This document shows positions 18,173 to 27,772 of a stretch of 64,000 nucleotides of DNA, piece after piece. The position numbers and the translations under genes were made by a program. The stretch is from assembly GCA_009777515.1 (NCBI GenBank), contig WRLR01000003.1:7289-71288 (forward strand), given 5' to 3'. Origin of the DNA: Oscillospiraceae bacterium (GTDB lineage: Bacteria > Bacillota > Clostridia > WRLR01). Positions within the stretch are counted from its first letter, which is position 1. Each line of letters begins with the position of its first letter. The notes beneath the pieces are model-generated. The model worked only from the letters and a program-made list of their open reading frames with translations, was not told the DNA's origin and did no database searches.

Positions 18173-18745
18173 ATGTGCGGCAGGTACTATATAGCTATTG
18201 AAGAGGACGAACTACGCGATATCGGCGAAGAGGCGGAGAAGATTGTGCGGGCGTTTTCCGAGCCGATACCGTTAAAACTACAGGGCGAGATATTTCCTAC
18301 AAATGTCGTCCCGGTCCGGACGGGGGCAGATCGGTACGTGCCGATGAAATGGGGCTTTACCGGTTTTGACAAAAAGGCGATCATTAACGCGAGGAGCGAG
18401 ACGGCGTTGCAAAAGCCCATGTTTAAGAGAGCCATGCTGGAGCGCCGTTGTTTAGTGCCTGCGAGCGGCTATTATGAATGGAAGAGGGGCGGGGAAAAGA
18501 AAATCCGCTACCAGATATATAAAACGGGCGAGCCCATATATTTCGCTGGCTGCTATCGCCAGGAAAAGGGCAGCCCGCTACGGACGTTTGTCATATTGAC
18601 AAGAGCGGCCGCAAACGGGTTGGAGGAGATACATGACCGAATGCCCGTCATCATTCCGCGCTCGCATATAATGGACTGGCTGGGCGGGGATATGGGCGCC
18701 ATTGAGTCGGCAGACGTCAACCTTGAATTCAAGCCAGCAGTATGA
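18173..18745 (+). CDS. SOS-response-associated peptidase (SRAP/YedK-type abasic-site sensor)
   Basis: Starts MCGRY (catalytic Cys2) and has SGYYEW and HDRMPVI motifs. Confidence 0.9.
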   Translation: MCGRYYIAIEEDELRDIGEEAEKIVRAFSEPIPLKLQGEIFPTNVVPVRTGADRYVPMKWGFTGFDKKAIINARSETALQKPMFKRAMLERRCLVPASGYYEWKRGGEKKIRYQIYKTGEPIYFAGCYRQEKGSPLRTFVILTRAAANGLEEIHDRMPVIIPRSHIMDWLGGDMGAIESADVNLEFKPAV

Positions 18746-18834
18746 CATGTGATAATAAGTTTTAGTTATAGAGGATTGCAGGGATGGCCGCCCCTTCGGG
18801 GGCAGTAAAATGGCCAATTACCAAGGAGGCGGGT

Positions 18835-19659
18835 ATGGGGATACCATATGTTGAAGGTTTTGATATACATTTTGGGCTTTCGGGGAAAACGGCGATCATA
18901 ACGGGCGCGGCCAGCGGCATAGGCAGGGCGATAGCGCTCATGTTCGCAAAAAAGGGCGCCAATGTGGTTCTGGTCGACAAAAGCGACGATGTGCGTGATG
19001 TCGGAGATATAATCAACGGTGGCGCGATAGATACAGGAAATGTGGGCGAAAACGGGGGCGGGCGAGGTGCAGGGCGATCCGTCTGTATAGTCGGCGACAT
19101 TACCGGTAAGGGGTTCCATGATAACATTGTCAATGTGGCTGCCGGTACATTCGGCGGCATCGATATATTGGTAAACTGCGCGGGTATTGTGCTGCTCGAC
19201 GAGGCTGAAAATTTATCGGAGGAATATTGGGATCTGACGATGGATGTAAACCTAAAAGCGGCGTTTATCCTGTCACAGGCTGTTGGCCGTCATATGATTC
19301 GGCATGGGGGCGGAAAGATAATAAACATCGCGTCGCAGGCGTCCGTCATATCATTGGATCGACATGTTGCGTATTGCGCAAGCAAGGCGGGCCTTGTCTC
19401 GGTGACTCAGGTACTCGCGGCGGAATGGGCGGAATACGGCATCTGCGTTAATGCCATTTCGCCGACTGTCGTGCTGACTGAACTGGGGAAAAAGGCTTGG
19501 GCCGGGGAAGTCGGCGAAGCAATGAAAAAGCTGATCCCGGCAGGCCGGTTCGGTTACCCCGAAGAAATTGCCGCGTGCGCTTCATATTTGGCGAGCGACG
19601 CGGCAAACCTTATAACGGGCGCGAACATTGTTATAGACGGCGGTTTTACCATAAAATAG
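18835..19659 (+). CDS. SDR-family oxidoreductase
   Basis: TGAASGIGRA Rossmann motif and the YCASKAG catalytic Y-x3-K. ATG 18835 follows AAGGAGG. Confidence 0.85.
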   Translation: MGIPYVEGFDIHFGLSGKTAIITGAASGIGRAIALMFAKKGANVVLVDKSDDVRDVGDIINGGAIDTGNVGENGGGRGAGRSVCIVGDITGKGFHDNIVNVAAGTFGGIDILVNCAGIVLLDEAENLSEEYWDLTMDVNLKAAFILSQAVGRHMIRHGGGKIINIASQASVISLDRHVAYCASKAGLVSVTQVLAAEWAEYGICVNAISPTVVLTELGKKAWAGEVGEAMKKLIPAGRFGYPEEIAACASYLASDAANLITGANIVIDGGFTIK

Positions 19660-19813
19660 CCGTCTTGCGGTAACGGGGGTGGCATGGTGGGCAGAACGCC
19701 CGGCCAGGAAACCGGGTTGAACGATTTGTACCTGGGGGGCGCAGGACCGATTTGATAAATGTCGAAGCTGTGTATCGGTTTTAATTGCATAACTGCTGCG
19801 GAGGGAACAGCGA

Positions 19814-20794
19814 ATGGAAATAAACGAAATAAAGGCCATTGGGGACAGGCTGTGCGAAAACATTGAGCGCGTGATAATTGGCAAGACCGGCGAGATCCGG
19901 CTAATCCTCGCGGCGCTGCTGGCGGGCGGGCATGTTTTATTAGAGGACGTGCCCGGAACCGGGAAAACCATATTGGCAAAAGCGCTTGCGCGATCTGTCG
20001 ACATCGGTTTCAGGCGCGTGCAGTTCACGCCGGACCTACTGCCGTCGGAGCTGACTGGGCTCAATGTTTACAGCCCGAAGACCGGGGACTTCAGTTTCCG
20101 GCATGGCAGCCTGTTTACGAATATTCTGCTTGCTGACGAAATCAACCGGGCGTCGCCCCGCACGCAGTCGGGGCTCCTCGAGAGCATGGAGGAGCGGCAG
20201 GTGAGCGTCGACGGGAAAACATATGTCCTGCCTGCACCGTATTTCGTAATCGCGACGCAAAACCCTGTGGAAACCCAGGGGACGTTCCCGTTGCCGGAGG
20301 CCCAGCTTGACCGCTTCCTGGTGCAACTAAAACTTGGTTATCCCGATGAAAATGAAACAGTGGACGTGCTAAAAAGATATGTGGGCGGCGACGAACCCGA
20401 TTCCCCGCTGGCTTCGTTGAAGCCGATATGCGGCGAGGAAGCGATGCTCTCCGCTATCAACGCAGTCCGAAGCGTATATGTGCACGACGAAGTTTTTCGG
20501 TATATAGTCCGCCTTGCGGAAGCCACCCGCTCGCACGAGGGCGTGGCGCTCGGCGTCAGCACGCGCGGCTGCGTTTCGCTCGCGCGAATCGCACAAGCCT
20601 ATGTCGCGCTCGCGGGTCGCGCCTTTGCAACGCCGGACGACATCAAGGCGCTGACACCGCCGGTTTTTACGCACCGCTTGATATTGAGGGGCGGGCGCCA
20701 GAGCTTCCAGGCGCAAAAGGTATTAGACGACGTATTGAACGCGGTCGTGCCGCCGGTTGAAGATTGGCCGACGGCGCAACAAGCGGACAATTGA
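19814..20794 (+). CDS. MoxR-family AAA+ ATPase (second copy, no DUF58/vWA partner adjacent)
   Basis: EDVPGTGKT, LLADEINR and PEAQLDRF motifs. 326 aa, a canonical MoxR length. Confidence 0.9.
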   Translation: MEINEIKAIGDRLCENIERVIIGKTGEIRLILAALLAGGHVLLEDVPGTGKTILAKALARSVDIGFRRVQFTPDLLPSELTGLNVYSPKTGDFSFRHGSLFTNILLADEINRASPRTQSGLLESMEERQVSVDGKTYVLPAPYFVIATQNPVETQGTFPLPEAQLDRFLVQLKLGYPDENETVDVLKRYVGGDEPDSPLASLKPICGEEAMLSAINAVRSVYVHDEVFRYIVRLAEATRSHEGVALGVSTRGCVSLARIAQAYVALAGRAFATPDDIKALTPPVFTHRLILRGGRQSFQAQKVLDDVLNAVVPPVEDWPTAQQADN

Positions 20795-20815
20795 TCCAGT
20801 CACAGCGCATACGAC

Positions 20816-20899
20816 GGTGGCGGCGATAGTGGCGGCGATAGCGGTGGCGATTGTGGCAACTATAGCGGCGACGATATTGGTGGCTGGGGTGGCTGGGGC
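20816..20899. repeat. ~7 x 12-nt tandem repeat spanning a convergent intergenic gap and the last codons of the HAD gene
   Basis: ggtggcggcgat agtggcggcgat agcggtggcgat tgtggcaactat agcggcgacgat attggtggctgg ggtggctggggc. Confidence 0.8.
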
Positions 20900-22656
20900 G
20901 GGTAACGCTGTGACAGCCATCGGGCCACCCCGTCGTCTTTGTTTGAGCCAATTATGCCTGTCGCCGCCGCTTTGACTTCATCTTTCGCATTGGACGGGGC
21001 GTAGCTTTCGTCACATTCCAAAAAAAGCGGCAAATCGTTCAGGTTGTCCCCAAAACCGACTACATGATCATATCCCCCCTGTTCGCGTAGATAACGCACA
21101 GCCTCTCGCTTTGACGCCCTGCTGCTGAAACATTCCAAAAAGCAAAGCTCCGGGACATAGTTGTCCTCACAAATAATCGCGCCGATGCCGCCGATTTTAT
21201 TCATTGCTTCTTGCACGGGCAGCAATTCATCTTTTTTCGCTCGAAGCGTAAAATATATGACGCGCCCCTCCGATTGAATCAGGTGTTTAAAAGATCCTGT
21301 TTTATCAAACCGTTTGCCGTACAACCGCGCCCGTTCATCGTGAAACATGCGCAGCGGGGCGGCTTCGAGGCTTTCATAATATGTTTTTAACTCATCGCCC
21401 CGCATGGCGTACATAAACCCGTCAAACCCAAAATGCTCCATTACCTCTGTAACGCCCAGCGCCGCAGCTTCGTCGATATATGCGACTTTCACATAGCGGC
21501 GTTCGTTCAAATCGTACACAAGCACGCCATTCATCATTATAATGGGCGCGTTTATGCGTATCGGCTCCACCAGTTGGAAGGCCGAAGCGGGGGAGCGCGC
21601 GGTCGCTATGGTGAAATGCATGCCCTGGCCTATCATGCGGTTGATTTCATTCTCCGTATATTTTGAAAGTTTCGCGTTGGCATTGAACAGCGTTCCGTCC
21701 AGGTCGGAAATATATAATGTCTTTTCCGGCGCCGAACGCTGCGCGTTCCCTGTGTCTGTTTTTGCTGACGCATTTGCGATATATTTCTCACTCTCGCTAT
21801 TCATAGCACTTTTACTATTCGCAGCTCTCACACTATTCATAGCACTTTTGCTGTTCGCAGCTCTCACATTATTCGCTGCACTTTCGCTATTCGCAGTACT
21901 CACGCTATTCGCAGCACTCTCGCTATTCGCAGCGCTCTCTCTATTTACGGCGCTCACACAATGCTGAGCGCTTATCGCGTTGATCATTTCGAACACCGTG
22001 TCCGCGCTATCGGCTATCATGTCGGGATCGGCGCCCGCTGCTAACAGCGACTCGCGGTCGCGAAAGCCCCAGCTCACTATTATATAAGGTATTCCTGCGT
22101 TCAGCGCCGTTTCGATATCCACCTCGGAATCGCCCACATACAAGGATTGCGCCGGTACGCCACCGACTTGCGACAATATCGACTGCACAGCGCCCGGCGC
22201 AGGTTTTAACGGTACGCCTGTGCGCTCGCCCGCCGCTGCATCGATAAGCCCGCTAAAATGCTTTTTTGTCAGCCCTGCCGTGAACTCATCCGCTTTATTA
22301 GACAGTATAGCTGTTTTGTAACCGGCGCCGCGCACCTTGCGCAGCAGCTCCATCACCCCGGGGTATGGCCGCGTCCGAACCGCGTAGCATTTGCGGTACT
22401 CGTCGCGAAACATGCCCAGCGCCGTTTCGATCTCGCTATCGTTCGGTTCACCGGGCAGCAACGTCTTTATGGCCCTCCTGATCCCATTACCTATAGCAGC
22501 GAGCACCTCCGCCTCCGTCCTCTCAGGGTGGCCGAGCGACCGCATAACGCGGTTGGCGGCGTCCGCGAAGTCCCCAACCGTGTCGAGCAGCGTCCCGTCC
22601 AAATCGAACAGTACCGTAAATGATTGATTGCATAAATTTTTTGGATTATTAGACAT
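20860..22656 (-). CDS. fusion of two HAD phosphatases (Gph-like HAD-IA + Cof-type HAD-IIB) joined by a repeat linker
   Basis: Domain 1 has FDLDGTLLDT and VGDSEVDIETA. Domain 2 has SDLDGTLFN and GFGDNLNDLPLF. ATG 22656 has GGAG 6 nt upstream and overlaps the mnmG stop. Confidence 0.85.
   Translation of the reverse strand: MSNNPKNLCNQSFTVLFDLDGTLLDTVGDFADAANRVMRSLGHPERTEAEVLAAIGNGIRRAIKTLLPGEPNDSEIETALGMFRDEYRKCYAVRTRPYPGVMELLRKVRGAGYKTAILSNKADEFTAGLTKKHFSGLIDAAAGERTGVPLKPAPGAVQSILSQVGGVPAQSLYVGDSEVDIETALNAGIPYIIVSWGFRDRESLLAAGADPDMIADSADTVFEMINAISAQHCVSAVNRESAANSESAANSVSTANSESAANNVRAANSKSAMNSVRAANSKSAMNSESEKYIANASAKTDTGNAQRSAPEKTLYISDLDGTLFNANAKLSKYTENEINRMIGQGMHFTIATARSPASAFQLVEPIRINAPIIMMNGVLVYDLNERRYVKVAYIDEAAALGVTEVMEHFGFDGFMYAMRGDELKTYYESLEAAPLRMFHDERARLYGKRFDKTGSFKHLIQSEGRVIYFTLRAKKDELLPVQEAMNKIGGIGAIICEDNYVPELCFLECFSSRASKREAVRYLREQGGYDHVVGFGDNLNDLPLFLECDESYAPSNAKDEVKAAATGIIGSNKDDGVARWLSQRYPPQPPQPPISSPL
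21790..21950. repeat. in-frame 21/42-nt tandem repeats forming the inter-domain linker (ESAANS/VRAANSKSAMNS units)
   Basis: Repeated ...ctattcgcagc(a/g)ctc.. units are visible in the sequence. Protein: SAANSESAANSVSTANSESAANNVRAANSKSAMNSVRAANSKSAMNS. Confidence 0.8.
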
Positions 22657-24676
22657 GCGTGGCTCCATTGTTTTGGCGCAGCCAGATCAGCAGCACGGAT
22701 ATATCGGACGGCGAAACGCCCGATATCCGCGATGCCTGTCCAACTGATTCCGGTTTTTGTGCGTCGAGTTTTTGCGCGCCCTCGATGCTGAGGCCGCGGA
22801 CGCCGCTATATTGTATGCCTGCCGGCAGCGGCTTGGCTTCCAGTTTGCGGAACTGCTCGATCTCCTTCAACTGCCGCTTGATATACCCTTCATACTTGAT
22901 AGATATTTCGACCTGTTCCCCTACATCCGGCGCAAGGTCGGGGCGCCCGGCATCGACGTCGGCCAACGATGCATATGTGATTTCCGGCCTCCGTAATATT
23001 TCGGCCATCGGGGCGCCCGTACTGATGGGCGTACTGCCTATCGACGCGAGCAGCTCCAATACTTCACGCGAAGGCGGGAGCGTCACCGATTTTACGCGCT
23101 GTATCTCATCCTCAATCAGCTTTTTGCGGGCCAAAAACCGTTCGTACCGCTCCTTGCCGATGAGCCCTATGTCGTAGCCATATGGCGTGAGGCGGATGTC
23201 GGCGTTGTCCTGGCGCAGCAGCAGCCGGTATTCGGCCCGCGACGTCATCATGCGGTACGGCTCGTTCGTGCCCTTGGTGGCCAGGTCGTCTATAAGTACT
23301 CCGATATAGCCGTCAGAACGCTTCAATATCAACGGGTCGCGCCCGCTGAGCGCCATTGCCGCGTTGATGCCCGCAACAATGCCCTGCGCAGCCGCTTCCT
23401 CATAACCGGACGTGCCGTTGATCTGGCCCGCAGTAAACAGCCCGGCGATATCCTTTAGCTCCAGCGAGAGCCGGAGCTGCGTCGGGTCTATACAATCATA
23501 CTCTATCGCGTACGCGCTCCTGGTTATTTTGGCGCTCTCCAGCCCCGGTATGCTATGAATGAAACGCTCCTGCACGTCCTCGGGCATGCTCGACGACAGG
23601 CCCTGCAGGTACATTTCCCTCGTCCCCGTGCCCATAGGCTCGATGAAAACCTGGTGCGAGCGCCGTTCCGCAAAGCGGACGATTTTGTCTTCGATGGACG
23701 GGCAGTAGCGCGCGCCCGTCCCTGTTATTTGCCCGGAAAACAGCGGCGAGCGGGAAAGATTCTGCCGGATTATCTCATGCGTTTCCTCGTTCGTGTGTGT
23801 CAGCCAGCAGGACGCCTGCTCAATGCCGATATGGCCCGATGTGAAGGAAAAGGGCGTTATACGCGCGTCCCCTGGTTGCTCTTCCATTTTCGAGTAGTCC
23901 AATGAGCGCCCGTTCACGCGCGCGGGCGTCCCGGTCTTAAAGCGGTAAAGCCTGACGCCAAGGTCGCGGAGGCATTCGGACAGACTATTGGCGGGGAACA
24001 GGCCGTCCGGGCCGCTGTTGATGGAAAATTCGCCGATGATGACCTTGGCTTTCAAGTAGGTGCCCGTCGTCAGGACGACCGCCCGGGCGCGGAACACGGC
24101 GCCGGTACGTACGCGCACGCCCGCAACGCGTGGCCGCGCCGACGGCGCTGCTGCGTCATTCCTGCAGCAGCTCGTCTCCATTAACAGTTCGACGGCCTCC
24201 GCCTGACGTACGTCGAGGTTCTCCTGTTCCTCCAGGGTGCGCTTCATGTAACGCTGGTACTCGCGCCTGTCTATTTGGGCGCGCAGCGAATACACTGCCG
24301 GGCCTTTCGCGCGGTTGAGCATCCGCGACTGTATCATCGCATGGTCCGCAGCTTTTCCCATCTCGCCGCCGAGCGCGTCCACCTCGCGAACGAGATGGCC
24401 CTTGCCCGTCCCGCCGATATTGGGGTTGCACGGCATGTTTGCGATACTGTCAAGATTAATGCTCAGGATTAGCGTTTTCATCCCCAGTCGCGCCCCCGCG
24501 AGCGCGGCTTCGCACCCCGCGTGGCCGGCGCCGACGACGACGATGTCATACTCGCCGGCGATGTATTCGTCGCAAACGGCCGCATTCCCCGTATCCGTTG
24601 CGTCATGTTCATCGGCGGCGGTGGAATTTTCTGTTTCTTTGATTATCTGGCCGTTTTTTATGTCTTTAGCTATCAT
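22649..24676 (-). CDS. mnmG: tRNA uridine 5-carboxymethylaminomethyl modification enzyme MnmG (GidA)
   Basis: FAD motif DIVVVGAGHAGCEAA and full-length GidA-like body. Canonical position after mnmE. Confidence 0.95.
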   Translation of the reverse strand: MIAKDIKNGQIIKETENSTAADEHDATDTGNAAVCDEYIAGEYDIVVVGAGHAGCEAALAGARLGMKTLILSINLDSIANMPCNPNIGGTGKGHLVREVDALGGEMGKAADHAMIQSRMLNRAKGPAVYSLRAQIDRREYQRYMKRTLEEQENLDVRQAEAVELLMETSCCRNDAAAPSARPRVAGVRVRTGAVFRARAVVLTTGTYLKAKVIIGEFSINSGPDGLFPANSLSECLRDLGVRLYRFKTGTPARVNGRSLDYSKMEEQPGDARITPFSFTSGHIGIEQASCWLTHTNEETHEIIRQNLSRSPLFSGQITGTGARYCPSIEDKIVRFAERRSHQVFIEPMGTGTREMYLQGLSSSMPEDVQERFIHSIPGLESAKITRSAYAIEYDCIDPTQLRLSLELKDIAGLFTAGQINGTSGYEEAAAQGIVAGINAAMALSGRDPLILKRSDGYIGVLIDDLATKGTNEPYRMMTSRAEYRLLLRQDNADIRLTPYGYDIGLIGKERYERFLARKKLIEDEIQRVKSVTLPPSREVLELLASIGSTPISTGAPMAEILRRPEITYASLADVDAGRPDLAPDVGEQVEISIKYEGYIKRQLKEIEQFRKLEAKPLPAGIQYSGVRGLSIEGAQKLDAQKPESVGQASRISGVSPSDISVLLIWLRQNNGATHV

Positions 24677-24679
24677 GCG

Positions 24680-26392
24680 TCACTTTCCAATACAAAACTC
24701 CGAAAAAATCCTGTCGATGATATCATCGGAATATGTTTCGCCCGTGATTTCGCCAAGCGAGGACAGAGCCTCGCGCATGTCGATGATGGGCATCTCCAGG
24801 GGCAGGCCGGCGCCAAGCGCTGCTCTCGCCCTGTGTACCGCATCGAAACCGCGCATAACCAGCGCATAGTGCCGCGCGTTTGCCAAGGCTGCATCGCCAT
24901 AGCCCGGCGGCGTATGCCCGGCGAATAGGCTGTGGACCGCGCCTTCTATGTTCGAAAGCCCGTCGCCGTTAATCAAAGAAGCTTCGACTACTTCATACAT
25001 ATGTGAGGCGGCAGGGGAGGGGGCAGGAGAGGCAACAGGAGAGGGGGCAGGGGCGTGGGCGATGCTGTGGGGCGGGGCGCCGGGGACGGCGGCTTCTGTG
25101 ATGGCCTCTCGCAACGCGTCTACGGCGCCGGGTTCAGCCAAATCTGTTTTGTTTATGATAAAAATGCGTTTTTTCCCCTCAGTGAGTTTTATTAGCTGAG
25201 CGTCGCTGCCACAAAAACCCTCGTCCGCGCCAAATAATAACAGCGCGATATCCGCCTGCCCTATCGCGCCGATTGCCCGATCCACGCCAATCCGCTCCAC
25301 TGCGTCGTCCGTCTCCCTAATCCCTGCCGTATCCAAAAACCGCACAGTGAACCTGCCCAAGTGGACATATTCATCTATCACGTCCCGCGTGGTTCCTGGG
25401 ATATCCGTTACAATAGCCCGCTCCCTGCCCGCCAGTAAATTAAACAAGGTGGACTTGCCGACGTTCGGCCTCCCGATGATCGCGGCGGTCAGCCCGTCAC
25501 GCGCGACCCGCCCATACTCGAAACTCTCCGCGAGTTTGCGTAGGCTCTGTTCGATGTCGCCAAGCTCGCCGTCGACCTCCGCAATGCTCCGCTCATCCAC
25601 TTCATACTCGGGGAAATCCAAAAAAGCTTCCAACGAAGCGATAAGCCCTATTAGGGCTTCACGCATGCTCCCAAGCATACCGGACAGCGCGCCCTCAAGC
25701 TGGCGCATCGCCATCGAAGCCCCGGCGTCGCTTTTTGCCCGGATCAAGTCCATAACGGCTTCCGCCTGTGACAAATCGATGCGGCCGTTTAGAAACGCGC
25801 GTTTTGTGAATTCCCCGGGCGCTGCGGCGCGTGCGCCACAGGCAAGGATGATGCGCAAAATGTTGCGCTGTATGCTGATGCCGGCATGGCAATGTATTTC
25901 GACGACGTCTTCGCGGGTATAGCTCTTTGGGGCGCGCATTTTGATGATAAGGACCTCGTCAACGGCGCGGACTGCGCCGTGGCAAGGCGCCGATGCTAAC
26001 TCGTCGACTCCCTGCCCCTGCGAACTAAAATTCAACTCCGCTGTGCCGCCCTGCTTTGCTGTGCTGCCCTGCCCCGTTGTTTCGCCCTGCCCCGCTGCGC
26101 TACCCAGCCCTGCTGTGCTGCCTTGCCCCGTTGTTTCGCCCTGCCTTGCCGTTCCGCCCAACCCCGCTGTGCCGCCTAGCTCTGCGGGTTCGACAATGAA
26201 GCCATATCCGACTGTATATGGCTTCATTTCGTTGAATGGTTTTATACCACGGAATATTGTACCGGCAATCGAAAACGCGTCGGAGCCGCTCATTCTAATG
26301 ACGCAGATCGACCCGAGCTCCTCCGGCGCTGTGGTATATGACGCGGACGTCGCAACAGCGACGATCGTATCGCTATCGGCCGCAATCGTCAT
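24680..26392 (-). CDS. mnmE: tRNA modification GTPase MnmE (TrmE) with two low-complexity insertions
   Basis: G1 GRPNVGKSTLFN, G3 DTAGIRET, C-terminal FCIGK. 570 aa. Confidence 0.95.
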   Translation of the reverse strand: MTIAADSDTIVAVATSASYTTAPEELGSICVIRMSGSDAFSIAGTIFRGIKPFNEMKPYTVGYGFIVEPAELGGTAGLGGTARQGETTGQGSTAGLGSAAGQGETTGQGSTAKQGGTAELNFSSQGQGVDELASAPCHGAVRAVDEVLIIKMRAPKSYTREDVVEIHCHAGISIQRNILRIILACGARAAAPGEFTKRAFLNGRIDLSQAEAVMDLIRAKSDAGASMAMRQLEGALSGMLGSMREALIGLIASLEAFLDFPEYEVDERSIAEVDGELGDIEQSLRKLAESFEYGRVARDGLTAAIIGRPNVGKSTLFNLLAGRERAIVTDIPGTTRDVIDEYVHLGRFTVRFLDTAGIRETDDAVERIGVDRAIGAIGQADIALLLFGADEGFCGSDAQLIKLTEGKKRIFIINKTDLAEPGAVDALREAITEAAVPGAPPHSIAHAPAPSPVASPAPSPAASHMYEVVEASLINGDGLSNIEGAVHSLFAGHTPPGYGDAALANARHYALVMRGFDAVHRARAALGAGLPLEMPIIDMREALSSLGEITGETYSDDIIDRIFSEFCIGK

Positions 26393-27489
26393 CGCGACGA
26401 ATAGCCGCCCCTGTTTTTCATTGTGACGACGACTTTGCGGTTCGGCTCCTCGCCCACGCTGTATGTCTCCACCCTTGGGTGGTTTTGTAATGTGGAATGG
26501 ATAATGCGGCGCTCATAAGAATTCATCGCGTCCATCGTAAAGTTTCTACGTAGGCGCACAACTTTATCCGCCATTTGACCGGCTAGCCTTATTAAAGCTG
26601 CCTCGCGTTTCTTTTTATAATTCTCCACGTCGACGGACACGCGCATGAAGCCGTTCCGTCCTTTATTCATATAGAGGTTGAGAAGGTACTGGATGGCATC
26701 CAAGGTTTCGCCGCGATGGCCAATCAATATCCCGCTGTCTTCGCTTTCAATATTGATGGAAAAACCATCTTCAGAGGGTTCAGCGTCCATGTCGACGGAA
26801 ACGTGGATTCCGTTGAATATTTCGCTTAAATACTCTAAGGCGCGGTCAATTTCCTGTTCGAAGCTGTATCCCTGTTCATCATCTGGGTAGCTATCGGCAT
26901 CCAGACCGCCAACATCCATCCCGCCCCCTATGGAAGCGTCATCATCCACATCCCCTCCGGCCGGATCGCCGCCGGCGCTGCTCGCGTATGAAGTATCCCT
27001 TTGTCCGCCGGAACCTATGGACGTATATCTGCTATCGCCGCTTTCTTCGTCTTCGCTGCTTGCGCCGTCGCCGACACCCATATTAATTGTGGCCCCACCA
27101 TTAACGTCCGCGTCCGCTTCTGCTTCTGCATCTGCATCTGCGTCCGCTTCACTATAATCCCCGCTCCCAAATTGAGTATCATTAACCGACGCATCTTCAA
27201 CAACGGGCGAGGTCGGGCGGGAAGTGGCTCTAGCAGAATCTGTGCTTCTACCAGAGGAAGTGCCACTATTAGAGGCGCCGATATATCCGGGCTGCGGCAT
27301 TCGCTCATCTTCGTCCAACTCCGAAACCCGAACCTTGGCAGGTTTGCTGCTTAGCAATCCAAAAAGGCCGGTTTTACCCTCGTTAAGCACATCGACATGC
27401 ACATCGTCAATAGAGAGTTCCAACTCTTCAAGAGCTGCGGTAATCGCATCGTTAACGGTTCTGCCAGACTTTTCCACAGACCTTCCCAT
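26389..27489 (-). CDS. jag: Jag/KhpB RNA-binding protein (Jag_N-KH-R3H) with a long acidic low-complexity insert
   Basis: The N-terminus MGRSVEKSGRTVNDAI matches the Jag_N pattern. C-terminal KH/R3H (RRIIHSTLQNHPRVETYSVGEEPNRKVVV). The track start 27546 would add 19 aa. Confidence 0.9.
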   Translation of the reverse strand: MGRSVEKSGRTVNDAITAALEELELSIDDVHVDVLNEGKTGLFGLLSSKPAKVRVSELDEDERMPQPGYIGASNSGTSSGRSTDSARATSRPTSPVVEDASVNDTQFGSGDYSEADADADAEAEADADVNGGATINMGVGDGASSEDEESGDSRYTSIGSGGQRDTSYASSAGGDPAGGDVDDDASIGGGMDVGGLDADSYPDDEQGYSFEQEIDRALEYLSEIFNGIHVSVDMDAEPSEDGFSINIESEDSGILIGHRGETLDAIQYLLNLYMNKGRNGFMRVSVDVENYKKKREAALIRLAGQMADKVVRLRRNFTMDAMNSYERRIIHSTLQNHPRVETYSVGEEPNRKVVVTMKNRGGYSSR

Positions 27490-27772
27490 ATAAAACGCCT
27501 TGCGCGAACTACGCGTAAATAGCCCTGAATAAACATTGGCTATCATGACAAGTCACATTTTTCGTTGTCAATTTGCGCAACAGTTCCGCCCTTTCTTATA
27601 TTTATCAATCCAAACCACTATACACCAACTATACGCCAACAGCGCACAAAAGTACTTGCTATAGATAGGATCGTAGTGCCTTGTTGCGGTGCGCTGAGGA
27701 CAGCGCACCCTACGAGGGCAGCGAACCTGACATCAATATTTTACACGCTGACCAATTTTGGTTGCAATGTCC

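Noticed and set aside
11490-18800. Integrative mobile element or prophage remnant containing the XRE/ImmA/polymerase genes
   Set aside because: No integrase, recombinase, transposase, terminal inverted or direct repeats, or flanking tRNA were seen. Only the compositional islet at 11.5-12.5 kb was found.
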